Assembly (NCBI GenBank): GCA_003552885.1
Contig: PUPA01000169.1
Location: 1-34,359, forward strand
Origin: Natrialbaceae archaeon
GTDB lineage: Archaea; Halobacteriota; Halobacteria; Halobacteriales; Natrialbaceae
Direction of reading: 5' to 3'
Length of the DNA: 34,359 nt
Shown one piece after another: positions 19,824 to 30,614 of the stretch. The position numbers and the translations under genes are program-made. The notes under the pieces were generated by a model. It worked only from the letters and a program-made list of their open reading frames with translations. It was not told where the DNA came from and did not search any database. Positions within the stretch are counted from its first letter, which is position 1; each line of letters opens with the position of its first letter.

Positions 19824-20225
19824 ATGGTACGAGACCACGACGGGTCGGCGATCCCGTCGGTGTACAACCTCGCCGAGGTGCCCGCGTTCCGCGAGGAGCC
19901 GGGGATCAGACAGTCGGTGTTCCGTGGTAACGACCACCTGCTCGGCTTCTCGATCATCGGCCCCGAAAAGCCCGAGGCCGACCCCCACAGCCACCCCTAC
20001 GAGCAGTCGAACCTGCTGATCGAGGGCCGTCTCGAGTTTCTCGTCGACGGGGAGAGCGTCACCCTCGAGCCGTACGACGCGCTGACGATCCCGCCGGGAG
20101 TCGCCCACACCTCCCGACCGGTCGACGACGACAGGGCCGTCCTGCTCGCGTTCTGGCCACTCCGGGAGGACCGCCTCGAGGCGACGGGCTACCAGGAGGA
20201 GTTCTACGGGACGCCCGGGGAGTGA
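19824..20225 (+). CDS. Cupin domain protein
   Basis: PHSHPYEQ...IEG.L.F.VDGE...L..YD.L.IPPGVAH provides the two cupin metal motifs. ATG 19824 is preceded by GGAGGT. Confidence 0.85.
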   Translation: MVRDHDGSAIPSVYNLAEVPAFREEPGIRQSVFRGNDHLLGFSIIGPEKPEADPHSHPYEQSNLLIEGRLEFLVDGESVTLEPYDALTIPPGVAHTSRPVDDDRAVLLAFWPLREDRLEATGYQEEFYGTPGE

Positions 20226-20235
20226 TCGGCACGTT

Positions 20236-20381
20236 CGATCGGCAGGGTGGAGCGCCCGGCTGGCAGGGTGGTCGGCTCGCCCGACCGGCAGGGTGACCCG
20301 CTCGCCCAACCGACAGGATGAAGCGATCGACCGACAGGGTGGAGTGCCGACCGGTAGAGTGATCGGGCGACCGACCGAGGG
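20236..20381. repeat. Array of 7 degenerate 14-bp motifs CGACCG(G/A)CAGGGTG filling the cupin-aroA spacer
   Basis: Copies start at 20236, 20257, 20282, 20307, 20328, 20348 and 20368 (spacing 21, 25, 25, 21, 20, 20). The last copy is the most degenerate. Confidence 0.75.
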
Positions 20382-20388
20382 GCCGAAC

Positions 20389-21675
20389 ATGGACGTCACC
20401 GTCTTCCCGTCCCGCGTGGGCGGGACGGCCCGGGCACCGCCGTCGAAGAGCTACACCCACCGGGCGATCCTCGCGGCCGGCTACGCCGACGGCGCGACCG
20501 TCGAGGATCCCCTCCTGAGCGCGGACACCCGGGCGACCGGGCGGGCCGTGGACCTCTTGGGCGGTGCCGTCGAGGAAGACGGGACCGACGCCCTCGCCGT
20601 GGAGGGATTCGGAGGGAAGCCGGCGGTGCCGGCGGACGTGATCGACTGTGTGAACAGCGGGACGACGATGCGGCTCGTGACGGCGACGGCGGCGCTGGCC
20701 GACGGGACGACGGTGCTCACCGGCGACGGCTCGCTGCGGAGTCGTCCGCAGGGACCCCTGCTCGAGGCGATCACTGACCTCGGTGGGGAGGCCGCGAGTA
20801 CCCGTGCCAACGGGCAGGCACCCCTGGTGGTCACGGGGCCGATCGACGGCGGGCGCGTCGCGATCCCCGGCGACGTCTCCTCCCAGTACGTCACCGCGCT
20901 GTTGATGGCCGGCGCCGTCACCGACGAGGGCGTCGAGATCGTCCTCGAGACGCCGCTCAAGTCCGCGCCGTACGTCGAGATCACCCTCGAGCTGCTCGCC
21001 GACTTCGGGATCGATGCCGGGGCGACCGACGAGGGGTTCTCCGTCGAGGGGAGCCAGCGGTACGCCCCGGAGGGCGGAACGTACGCCGTCCCGGGTGACT
21101 TCTCCTCGATCTCCTACCTCGTCGCCGCGGGTGCACTCGCCGGCGAGGACGTCGTCGTCACGGGAGCCCGACCCAGCGCCCAGGGGGACGTGGCGATCCT
21201 CGAGATCGTCGAGCGGATGGGCGCGGACCTCGAGTGGGACCGGGAGGCCGGCACCGTCGAGGTCTCAGCCGCGGCGCTCGAGGGCGTCGAGGTCGCGGTC
21301 GCGGACACGCCCGATCTGCTGCCGACGATCGCCGTCCTCGGCGCGGTCGCCGACGGAGAGACGCGGATCGTCGACGCCGAACACGTCCGGTACAAAGAGA
21401 CCGATCGCGTGAGCGCGATGGTCGAGGAGCTCGGTCGGATGGGCGTCGAGACGACCGAACGGCGGGATGCACTCACCGTCCACGGTGGGGACTCCCGACT
21501 CCGGGGAGCGACGGTCGACGGCCGGGGCGACCACCGGATCGTCATGGCGCTCGCGGTCGCCGCGCTCGTCGCCGACGGGCCGACGACGATCCGGGGAGCC
21601 GAACACGTCGACGTCTCCTTCCCGGAGTTTTTCGACGTGCTGGCGGCCCTGGGCGTCGACCTCGGCCGGGAGTGA
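20389..21675 (+). CDS. aroA: 3-phosphoshikimate 1-carboxyvinyltransferase (EPSP synthase)
   Basis: [57 protein letters not shown] and VSFPEFF. Confidence 0.95.
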   Translation: MDVTVFPSRVGGTARAPPSKSYTHRAILAAGYADGATVEDPLLSADTRATGRAVDLLGGAVEEDGTDALAVEGFGGKPAVPADVIDCVNSGTTMRLVTATAALADGTTVLTGDGSLRSRPQGPLLEAITDLGGEAASTRANGQAPLVVTGPIDGGRVAIPGDVSSQYVTALLMAGAVTDEGVEIVLETPLKSAPYVEITLELLADFGIDAGATDEGFSVEGSQRYAPEGGTYAVPGDFSSISYLVAAGALAGEDVVVTGARPSAQGDVAILEIVERMGADLEWDREAGTVEVSAAALEGVEVAVADTPDLLPTIAVLGAVADGETRIVDAEHVRYKETDRVSAMVEELGRMGVETTERRDALTVHGGDSRLRGATVDGRGDHRIVMALAVAALVADGPTTIRGAEHVDVSFPEFFDVLAALGVDLGRE

Positions 21676-21727
21676 GCCGTGGACGACCGGATCGGTCACA
21701 GACCGCGTGGCGAGCGGAGCCGCCCGT

Positions 21728-22009
21728 TCAACGGTACAGGGAGAGATACAGCATCCCGAAGCCGACGATGAACGGGACGGTCTCGACGATGTAGAAGGCG
21801 ACGTGTGGCGAGGACAGCTGGGAGGTTATCGTCGTGAGTGCGACGCCCATACTGAGGAAGGCAAAGCCGATGAACGCCGACTCGAGGCGTTTGGTCGGCC
21901 GCGCGCGATATGACTGGAAGCTTATCACCGTCAGGCCGAGCGCCAGGGCGAAGACGGCCATCCGCATGAACATGAGCAGGGCGTCGAGCAGTTCGTTCAC
22001 CACGACCAC
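21728..22009 (-). CDS. Small 3-TM membrane protein cotranscribed with the wHTH regulator
   Basis: Three hydrophobic helices ending GFGMLYLSLY; 21 bp downstream of the wHTH gene. Start codon uncertain. Confidence 0.65.
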   Translation of the reverse strand: MVVVNELLDALLMFMRMAVFALALGLTVISFQSYRARPTKRLESAFIGFAFLSMGVALTTITSQLSSPHVAFYIVETVPFIVGFGMLYLSLYR

Positions 22010-22030
22010 CCCGCGGCGATCGCCCGCATG

Positions 22031-22384
22031 TCAGCGATCGGCGCCGAGGTCGTCCCACAGCTGGGCGAACCGGTCGGGGAGGTTCTCCTCGCGGAAGATC
22101 CGGACGTCGTACTCGTCGTCCTCCAGGGAGATGACCGTACTGTTGAAGTTACACCGGTACTCGTTGTAGTGGTTGCCGTCGTCGGCGACGAGCGTCCGTT
22201 CTTTGATCAGATCGTGCTGTTTGAGGGTGTCGAGACGCCGGTAGATCGTCGGCTGTGAGAGCTCCAGCCGTTCGGTTAGATCCTTGGCCGAACAGGGCTC
22301 GTGGCTGATCTCAGCCAGAACCGTCCGGGCCTTATCGTCCCCGATGGTGTCGAGAATCTCCTCAATTGGGGTCTCTTCGTCCAT
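22031..22384 (-). CDS. ArsR-like winged-helix transcriptional regulator
   Basis: ILDTIGDDKARTVL...SAKDL...LELSQPTIYRRL..L...DLI...DGNHY..Y. Start ATG 22384. Confidence 0.82.
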   Translation of the reverse strand: MDEETPIEEILDTIGDDKARTVLAEISHEPCSAKDLTERLELSQPTIYRRLDTLKQHDLIKERTLVADDGNHYNEYRCNFNSTVISLEDDEYDVRIFREENLPDRFAQLWDDLGADR

Positions 22385-22509
22385 GTCTCCGTGATGCCGA
22401 GCGGCCGTCAAAAGGTTTTCTCAAACCGAGATAATCCCTTTATATATCAATTATCGACGGTAGAGAGGCCTGTCGGTGATATATGATAGTCGGGTGTATA
22501 CGGGCTGGT

Positions 22510-22710
22510 ATGGCAACGACGGACAACTCGTTCAACGGGCTGACCGAGTGGTGTGAGGAGTGCGGTATGGACACCCTACACGAGGTCAACATCCAGATCG
22601 TGACCGAAGCGACCGAAGGCGAGAACACGCAGTTCTCCCGGGAACCCTACCGGGTCCGGGAGTGCCAGCGGTGTGGCAACCGTGACCGCCAGCGGATGAA
22701 CAACGCCTGA
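22510..22710 (+). CDS. Small zinc-ribbon protein (two CxxCG knuckles)
   Basis: 66 aa; CEECG...FSREPYRV.ECQRCG...RMNNA, a haloarchaeal small Zn-finger pattern. Confidence 0.75.
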   Translation: MATTDNSFNGLTEWCEECGMDTLHEVNIQIVTEATEGENTQFSREPYRVRECQRCGNRDRQRMNNA

Positions 22711-22773
22711 TCGGCGGATTCGGCCACGGTTCTCGGACCGACCTTCCACCGACGGAGTCGAGACGGTGACCGA

Positions 22774-23343
22774 TCAGTCGTCGCCGTCCTCGTCGACGAC
22801 GACGACCTCGCCGTCGACGACGTCGACGTTGATCAGCGTCTTGACGTGGTAGCCGGCGTCGGCGACCGCGTTCTCGCCGCCGACTTTCTTGATGACGGCG
22901 ACGGTATCGACGACCTCCGCGCCGATCCCGTCGAGGGCCTCGAGCACCGCCGCCAAGGTGCCGCCGGTCGAGAGCACGTCGTCGAGCACCAGCACCCGCT
23001 CGCCGGCTCGGACGTCGTTTATGAACATCTCGGACTCCGAGTAGCCCGTCTCCTGGGCGATGGCGACCTCCCCGTCGAGGCCGTACTCGCGTTTGCGGAT
23101 CACGGTGAGGGGGATGTCGGTCATCAGCGAGACGGCCGTCGAGATGTGGATCCCCATCGCCGCGGGGGTGACGATCCGGTCGACCTTCCGGAGCTCGGCC
23201 TTGCGGATGATCCCGATGACGATCTCCCGGAGCAGTCCCGGATCCAGCATGGGGACGCCGTCGCTGATCGGGTGAACGAAGTACTGGTAGTCGCCTTTCT
23301 CGACGATCGGCGCCTCGAGCAACGACGTTTTCAGCTGATCCAT
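22774..23343 (-). CDS. hpt: Hypoxanthine/guanine phosphoribosyltransferase (archaeal type)
   Basis: [43 protein letters not shown] and the PRPP loop [11 protein letters not shown]. Confidence 0.88.
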   Translation of the reverse strand: MDQLKTSLLEAPIVEKGDYQYFVHPISDGVPMLDPGLLREIVIGIIRKAELRKVDRIVTPAAMGIHISTAVSLMTDIPLTVIRKREYGLDGEVAIAQETGYSESEMFINDVRAGERVLVLDDVLSTGGTLAAVLEALDGIGAEVVDTVAVIKKVGGENAVADAGYHVKTLINVDVVDGEVVVVDEDGDD

Positions 23344-23520
23344 GTCGCCCGTCGGGGGGTGACCGAGTAAAAGCTGACGAAAGTCGCCAATCGCCCGGTG
23401 GGAGCCGGCCACCGTCGCCAGCGTCCGACGCCCCCATCCCGACCACGTCCGACGGTCCGGCGTCGGCCGCACCCGACCGACAACGACAGCTAGTTGTCCG
23501 GCGGCCGTCATCGCCCCTGT

Positions 23521-25047
<1,527 letters not shown>

Positions 25048-25123
25048 CACTGGCGGCACGGATCGTCGTCCCGCGGCCGGCGGACACTCGAACGGCGCCG
25101 GTGGCGAACCACGACCGGTCGGA

Positions 25124-25473
25124 TCAGACGTCCTCGAGGGCGTAGTAGACTCCGCCGAGGACGAGCCCGAAGACGACGTGTCCGACGCCGCTCATCGGGT
25201 CGAGCCCGAGAGCCGGGCGAAGCCGACGACCGCGGCGAACACGAGCCCGAGGATCGCCGAGTGGGCCATGTGGATGAGCCAGCCGAGCTCGCCGGCCGGT
25301 CCCTCGATCCCGTACATCACCGGGATCGCCATCTCCAAAACGTTCGTCGTCATCGCCGTCATCAGCAGGCCGAAGACGACGCCGCCAGCGAGTCCGCCGG
25401 CGACGCCCGCTTTCCAGTTTCCGGGTAGCCCGTCCGTCCCGACTCCGTCGGTAGTCCGCGTTTCGGTCGACAT
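25124..25473 (-). pseudogene. Frameshifted, probably internally deleted small membrane protein
   Basis: Frame 1 (ATG 25473) encodes two TM helices and stops at 25192. A different frame from about 25204 reads LDPMSGVGHVVFGLVLGGVYYALEDV* (stop 25124-25126), a coding-like TM helix. Total span 350 bp is not a multiple of 3. Confidence 0.65.
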
Positions 25474-25531
25474 ACGGTAGCCACGTCGACCGCCCGCGTA
25501 GAGTCGGTATTCCGGTCGTGCGATCGACTCA

Positions 25532-25651
25532 CACTTCCGCCGAGCCCTCGGTCTCCTGGCGCTCAGCTCTCACTTCCGCCGATCCGTCCGCTCCCCACCG
25601 GTTCGGCCGACTTCCGGAGACGTGGGCCGTCGGGTATACGTGGGCCGTCGG
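25532..25651. repeat. Two short direct-repeat pairs in the intergenic spacer
   Basis: CACTTCCGCCGA at 25532-25543 and 25571-25582; ACGTGGGCCGTCGG at 25620-25633 and 25638-25651. Confidence 0.7.
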
Positions 25652-25668
25652 ATAAGGATTCGGCCGTA

Positions 25669-26469
25669 TCAGGCCTCGACCGCCAGCCCGGCGACCTCGA
25701 GGGCCTCGTCGACCTCGGAGTCGTCGTGGATCACGGCGGAGACCGCCCGGGCGATCGCCTCGGGGTCGTCGTGCTGGAAGATCGACCGGCCCATCGAGAC
25801 GCCGGCGCCGCCGGCGTCTACCGCCCCGCGGACCATCCCGACCGTCTCCCTGTCGGTGCCCTTCGAGCCGCCGGCGATCACGACCGGGAGCCGGGTGGAG
25901 TCGATCACGTGTTCGAAGCTCTCCGCGTCCCCGCTGTAGCCGGTCTTCACGAGGTCGGCGCCGGCCTCCTCGGCCAGCCGGACGGCGTGACCGAGCGCCT
26001 CGGGATCGGTGCCGTCGACGCCGGGGCCACGGGCGTAGGCCATCGCGAGCACGGGGATGCCGTACCGGCCGGCGTCGGCGGTCAGCGCGGCCAGATCCTC
26101 GAGCTGGCCCGGTTCGTACGTCGAGCCGACGTTTATGTGCAAGGAGACGGCGTCGGCGCCGGCGCGGATCGCCTCCTCGACCGTACAGGTCAGCCGTTTG
26201 TCGTTCTCTTCGGGGCCGATCGTCGTCGAGGCGTTGACGTGGACGATGTAGCCCTTGCCGTTTTTGTTCGGGTGGACCCGCGGGGCGATGCCCTTCTGTG
26301 TGAGGACGGCGTCGGCCCCGCCACGTGTCACCCCGTCGATCGTCGACTCGATCTCCTTGAGCCCCGTCACCGCCCCCATCGTGATCCCGTGGTCCATCGG
26401 GACGATGAGATAGCGGCCGTCGGTGCCGATCCTGTCGAGGCGTGCGTCGATTCCGGTGGTGGCGGTCAT
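25669..26469 (-). CDS. 2-amino-3,7-dideoxy-D-threo-hept-6-ulosonate (ADH) synthase, class I aldolase family (archaeal AroA')
   Basis: IVPMDHGIT.G, GADAV..HINVGS, P.LAMAYARG, GADLVKT.YSGD, PVVIAGG and GVSMGRSIFQH. Lies directly after trpA, as in other haloarchaea. Start ATG 26469. Confidence 0.85.
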   Translation of the reverse strand: MTATTGIDARLDRIGTDGRYLIVPMDHGITMGAVTGLKEIESTIDGVTRGGADAVLTQKGIAPRVHPNKNGKGYIVHVNASTTIGPEENDKRLTCTVEEAIRAGADAVSLHINVGSTYEPGQLEDLAALTADAGRYGIPVLAMAYARGPGVDGTDPEALGHAVRLAEEAGADLVKTGYSGDAESFEHVIDSTRLPVVIAGGSKGTDRETVGMVRGAVDAGGAGVSMGRSIFQHDDPEAIARAVSAVIHDDSEVDEALEVAGLAVEA

Positions 26470-26494
26470 GTGCGAGGTAGTAGCAAGCTTCCTG

Positions 26495-27355
26495 TTAAGG
26501 CTGTTCCGCTTCGGGTTCGGACGCCCCATGGAGCGCGCCGCGTTTCAGCTCCCGGGCGCGTTCTTCGAGGGTCGCCGCGGTCTCTGCGGTCGGCCGTCCC
26601 TCCTCGACGCCCTCGGCGACGACGTCGACCAGGGCGCTGCCGACGATGATTCCGTCGGCGCCGGCGCGGACGATCCGCGCTGCGTGCTCGCCCGTCTTGA
26701 TCCCGAAGCCGACGGCTTTGGGGACCTCCCAGTCGGCGATCCGTTCGAGGCTCGACTCGGTCCGATCGGAGACCTCCTCGCGGGCGCCGGTCGTCCCCAG
26801 TCGGGCCTGGACGTAGACGTAGCCGGAGATCAGCTCGTGGGTTCGCGCCAGCCGCTCCCCGCGGGTGGTCGGCGCGACGATGAAGATCAGATCGAGGCCG
26901 AACTCGTCACACGCCGCCCGCAGCGGGCCGGCCTCCTCGGCCGGCAGGTCCGGCACGACGAAGCCGGCGATCCCGGCCTCGGCGGCGCGCTCGACGAACG
27001 GCCGGGGACCCTCCTCGGTGCCGTACTGGTAGAGCAGGTTGTAGTAGGTCATACAGACCAGCGGCACGTCGACGTCGAGTGCCTCGACGAACGTAAAGAA
27101 GCGTTCGGGACCCATCCCCGCCTCGAGCGAGCGGACGATCGCACTCTGGATCGTCGGCCCCTCGGCGATCGGCTCGGAGAACGGGAGGCCGAGCTCGATG
27201 ACGTCCGCGCCGCCGCGGGCGAGCGCCTCGACGTACTGTAGTGAGCCCTCGTAGTCGGGGTCGCCGGCGACGAGGTAGGGGACGAACGCCGGCCCGTCGG
27301 CGAACGCGGCCGCGAGACCGTCCGTCGGTCCCCCACGGGGCGGCGATCCGCTCAT
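26495..27355 (-). CDS. trpA: Tryptophan synthase alpha subunit
   Basis: [43 protein letters not shown] and [10 protein letters not shown]. Confidence 0.95.
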   Translation of the reverse strand: MSGSPPRGGPTDGLAAAFADGPAFVPYLVAGDPDYEGSLQYVEALARGGADVIELGLPFSEPIAEGPTIQSAIVRSLEAGMGPERFFTFVEALDVDVPLVCMTYYNLLYQYGTEEGPRPFVERAAEAGIAGFVVPDLPAEEAGPLRAACDEFGLDLIFIVAPTTRGERLARTHELISGYVYVQARLGTTGAREEVSDRTESSLERIADWEVPKAVGFGIKTGEHAARIVRAGADGIIVGSALVDVVAEGVEEGRPTAETAATLEERARELKRGALHGASEPEAEQP

Positions 27356-28590
27356 CGCAGCCCTCCGTCGAAGACGGACATCTCGGGTGCGGCCTCGATC
27401 CCCCGCGTTTCCGTCTCCTCGATCACCGTCTCCAGATCCTTATCGCCGCGCCCCGAGACGTTGACGATCACGACCTCCCCGAGCTCGGCGGCGGCCCCTT
27501 CGAGGTACGCGAACGCGTGGGCGGTCTCGAGTGCGGGGATGATGCCCTCCTGGGTCGAGAGCCGGTGGAACGCCTCCAGGGCCGCGTCGTCGTCGACGTT
27601 CACGGGGGTCACCCGACCCTCGTCGACGAGGTAGGCCAGCTCCGGGCCGACGCCGGCGTAGTCGAGGCCGGCGGAGACGCTGTGAGACTCCATGATCTGG
27701 CCGTCGGAGTCCTGGAGCAAGCGCGTGCGCGCGCCGTGGAGGACGCCCTCCGCGCCGGTCGACAGCGAGGCGGAGTTCGGGGCGACGCCTGTGTCCTCGT
27801 CTACCTCGAGGCTCGAGCCGCCGGCCTCGACGGCGTAAAGCGAGACGTCGGCGTCGGGGACGAACTCGTGGAACATCCCCATCGTGTTCGAGCCGCCACC
27901 GGCACAGGCGACGACCGAGTCGGGGAGCCCGCCGGTCCGCTCGCGGATCTGCTCGCGGGCCTCCTCGCTGATGATCGCCTGGAAGTCCCGGACCATCCGG
28001 GGGAACGGCGACGGACCGACGACGCTCCCGATCACGTAGTGGCTGTCTTCGACCGTCCGGGACCAGTCGCGCATCGTCTCCGAGATGGCCTCTTTGAGGG
28101 TCCCACGACCGATATCGACCGGGTTCACCTCGGCGCCGTTTATCCGCATCCGGAAGACGTTCGGCCGCTGGCGGTTGACGTCCGTCCGACCCATGTAGAT
28201 CTCACAGGGCATCCCGAGGTGGGCCGCCGCCATCGCCGTCGCGGTGCCGTGTTGGCCCGCACCGGTCTCGGCGATGATCCGCTCTTTGCCCATGTACTTC
28301 GCGAGCAGCACCTGTCCGAGGGCGTTGTTGAGCTTGTGAGCGCCGCCGTGGAGGAGGTCCTCGCGTTTGAGATACACCTCCCGGCCGTACCGGTCGCTCA
28401 GCCGATCGGCCCGCCCGAGGGGCGTCGGCCGGCCGCCGAAGTCCCGGATCCGCTCGCGGAACTCGTCGAGAAAGCCGTCCTCGTTGCCGAGGACGTACCG
28501 CTCGTAGGCGTCCTCTAGCTCCTCGAGTGCCGGCATCAACGCCTCGGGAACGTACTGTCCACCGTACCGTCCGAACTGTGTGTCACTCAT
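27352..28590 (-). CDS. trpB: Tryptophan synthase beta subunit
   Basis: [27 protein letters not shown] (PLP Lys), [25 protein letters not shown] and SGRGDKD. ATGA overlap with trpC. Confidence 0.96.
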   Translation of the reverse strand: MSDTQFGRYGGQYVPEALMPALEELEDAYERYVLGNEDGFLDEFRERIRDFGGRPTPLGRADRLSDRYGREVYLKREDLLHGGAHKLNNALGQVLLAKYMGKERIIAETGAGQHGTATAMAAAHLGMPCEIYMGRTDVNRQRPNVFRMRINGAEVNPVDIGRGTLKEAISETMRDWSRTVEDSHYVIGSVVGPSPFPRMVRDFQAIISEEAREQIRERTGGLPDSVVACAGGGSNTMGMFHEFVPDADVSLYAVEAGGSSLEVDEDTGVAPNSASLSTGAEGVLHGARTRLLQDSDGQIMESHSVSAGLDYAGVGPELAYLVDEGRVTPVNVDDDAALEAFHRLSTQEGIIPALETAHAFAYLEGAAAELGEVVIVNVSGRGDKDLETVIEETETRGIEAAPEMSVFDGGLR

Positions 28591-29393
28591 GTTCGTGTCT
28601 CCTCCGTGTCCGATGCGGATGTATCTTCGGCGTCCGCCTCGACCAGCCGCCGCGTGTTCGCCTCGACGTCGCCGTCTCCGCCGTGGTCCATGATCGCACT
28701 CCCCACGAGCAGGCCGTCGGCGCCCGCGGCTCGCATCCGGCGGACGTCCGCGGGCGTTCCGATCCCGCTCTCGGCGATCAGGGTCACCCGATCGGGCACC
28801 TCGGGCGCGACCCGCTCGAACGTGTGGAGGTCGACCTCCAGGCGCGCGAGGTCGCGGTTGTTCACCCCGACGAGCGTCGCGTCGGCCGCGAGCGCGGCCG
28901 CCAGCTCCTCGCGGTCGTGGACCTCGACCAACGGCTGGAACCCCCGCTCGCGGGCGGCCGCCACGAGCCCCTCGAGGTCGTCGACGAAGCGTGCGATCAG
29001 CAGTACGGCGTCGGCTGCGACGACGTCGAGCTGTTCTTCCCGGAGGAGGAAATCCTTCCGGAGGACGGGGACGTCGACGGCCTCCCGGACCCGTTCGAGC
29101 GCCTCCGGGGAGCCACCGAAGTGGGTCGGCTCGGTGAGCACCGAGATCGCAGCCGCCCCGCCGGCGACCATCGCTTCGGCGAGTTCGACGGGGTCGTCCT
29201 CGCGGCGCCCGTCGCTCGTCGGGCTCGTCGGCTTCACCTCCGCGATCAGCGGCACCCGGCCCTCCGTGGCCGCGTCCGCGAGCGCGTCGGGCAGCGGTCG
29301 TGGGTCGACGGAGACGGGCTCCCCGCCGGCTCTCTCCCGGGCGGCCTCGAGGATCGCCGCCACGGCGGGCGCGAGCTCCGGTGTCTGGTCCAT
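28587..29393 (-). CDS. trpC: Indole-3-glycerol phosphate synthase
   Basis: [47 protein letters not shown] and LLVGSAIM. Confidence 0.95.
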   Translation of the reverse strand: MDQTPELAPAVAAILEAARERAGGEPVSVDPRPLPDALADAATEGRVPLIAEVKPTSPTSDGRREDDPVELAEAMVAGGAAAISVLTEPTHFGGSPEALERVREAVDVPVLRKDFLLREEQLDVVAADAVLLIARFVDDLEGLVAAARERGFQPLVEVHDREELAAALAADATLVGVNNRDLARLEVDLHTFERVAPEVPDRVTLIAESGIGTPADVRRMRAAGADGLLVGSAIMDHGGDGDVEANTRRLVEADAEDTSASDTEETRT

Positions 29394-29396
29394 TGT

Positions 29397-29426
29397 TGTA
29401 CATCGACGTACTCATATGTACATAAG
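29397..29426 (-). promoter_or_regulatory. trpC promoter with three phased TRP-box-like hexamers (putative TrpY operator)
   Basis: TGTACA 29397-29402, CGTACT 29407-29412 and TGTACA 29417-29422, with 4-bp spacers. The last overlaps a minus-strand CTTATG TATA-like box about 28-33 bp upstream of the trpC ATG. Confidence 0.65.
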
Positions 29427-29481
29427 GTTTGCGCCATCCGACGGAGGTGTATTCAAGTCGCCGGCAGACCAGTCGGTCCGT

Positions 29482-29952
29482 ATGGAGACACAGACCGACG
29501 CCGGTATCTACGCGCGTGAATCGGCGTACCTGGGGCGGTTCGTCCAGCTGGGGGTCGCGGGCGGACGGGTGTTGCGCGTCTCGTTTCCCGAGCGGCCCGA
29601 ACCGGAGGCGAGCGGGGAGCATCCGCTCCTCGATCGGCTCTTTACGTACCTCGACGGCGTCGAGCCGGTCGGCTTCGAGGACGTGACGGTCGCGCTGACG
29701 TTGCCGACCGACCGGCGGACGGTCCTCGAGAGGGTCCGGACGATCCCGTACGGCGAGAGCGCCGGTGTGCGGGAGGTCGCGGCGACGACCGCCGGTCTCG
29801 ATCCGGAGGACGAAGACGACCTCACCCTCGTCCGGAGCGCGCTCGCGGAGAACCCGGCGCCGATCCTGATCGCCGACCACCGCGTCCGGGACGGACCGAG
29901 CGCCGCCCCGCCGGCGGTCGAACAGCGCCTCCGCTCGCTCGAGGGGCTCTGA
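29482..29952 (+). CDS. MGMT-family DNA-binding protein lacking the catalytic Cys (alkyltransferase-like)
   Basis: [16 protein letters not shown] and [16 protein letters not shown] (ADHR in place of PCHR), ending LRSLEGL. Start ATG 29482. Confidence 0.8.
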   Translation: METQTDAGIYARESAYLGRFVQLGVAGGRVLRVSFPERPEPEASGEHPLLDRLFTYLDGVEPVGFEDVTVALTLPTDRRTVLERVRTIPYGESAGVREVAATTAGLDPEDEDDLTLVRSALAENPAPILIADHRVRDGPSAAPPAVEQRLRSLEGL

Positions 29953-29961
29953 ACGGGTGGC

Positions 29962-30192
29962 TCAATCGATCCGGACGATCCGCGTCGAGCCGGTCCGGGG
30001 GTCGATGTGGACGTTCCAGACGCCCGCCTGCGTCTCCGCGGGGACGATCCAGGTCCCGCGGGTCCGTCGGGGGGTCGCCGTGACGATCGATTCACAGCCG
30101 GCGTCGTCGAGCGCGTCGTACGCCGTGACGGCCGCCGACTCGTGTTCTGTCACGCGGTCGGATTCGCTCGAAGGGGTTATTCGGTCGAACAT
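29962..30192 (-). CDS. Small hypothetical protein, PepSY-like pattern
   Basis: 76 aa; helix followed by GTWIV...WNVHIDPRTG, resembling the PepSY V.ID..TG ending. Downstream of fixX. Confidence 0.5.
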   Translation of the reverse strand: MFDRITPSSESDRVTEHESAAVTAYDALDDAGCESIVTATPRRTRGTWIVPAETQAGVWNVHIDPRTGSTRIVRID

Positions 30193-30301
30193 GTGTCGGG
30201 GTTCGGTCCGTGTCAGTGTATTTCAGGGGTGTGGTTCTCGGTCGCCGGGAACGGCCGCCCGGTCGCCGCGGTGTCTCCGACGGGGTTCGCGTCCGTGGCG
30301 G

Positions 30302-30613
30302 CTAGCCCATCTTGAACGTGACGCCGGCGCCCGTCTCGGGGTACTCCCAGACGACGTTGTCGTACGTGCAGGCGAACCGACAGCTCGAACACTCGAGGCA
30401 GTTCTCGTAGGCGATGTGGGGGACGCCGTCGTCGCCCTCCCGCCAGACGTTCGCCGGACACACCGAGACGCAGTCGTTCGTCGTACACCGCGCACAGACG
30501 TCGGGAACTTTCACGTCCAGGTGGGACTCACCCGGGTCCTGGTACTTGACGGTGTACAGCCTGTCTTCGATCGAGTCGTTCGTGATCTGGGGTACGTCGG
30601 GTTGTGCGCTCAT
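30302..30613 (-). CDS. fixX: FixX ferredoxin-like protein
   Basis: SHL...CARCTTNDCVSVCPANVW...YENCLECSSCRFAC...WEYPETGAGVTFKMG. Confidence 0.88.
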   Translation of the reverse strand: MSAQPDVPQITNDSIEDRLYTVKYQDPGESHLDVKVPDVCARCTTNDCVSVCPANVWREGDDGVPHIAYENCLECSSCRFACTYDNVVWEYPETGAGVTFKMG

Positions 30614-30614
30614 C

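Noticed and set aside
20236..20381. Possible mini-CRISPR (repeat plus variable linker)
   Set aside because: The 14-bp repeat is degenerate and the 6-11-bp linkers are far too short and partly similar to each other.
28591..29880. Apparent 842-aa TrpB fusion; likewise the 581-aa Hpt, 499-aa FixB and 448-aa MGMT extensions
   Set aside because: The extensions overlap trpC, gpmI or fixA in other frames or strands; they are open by chance and the conserved starts lie downstream.
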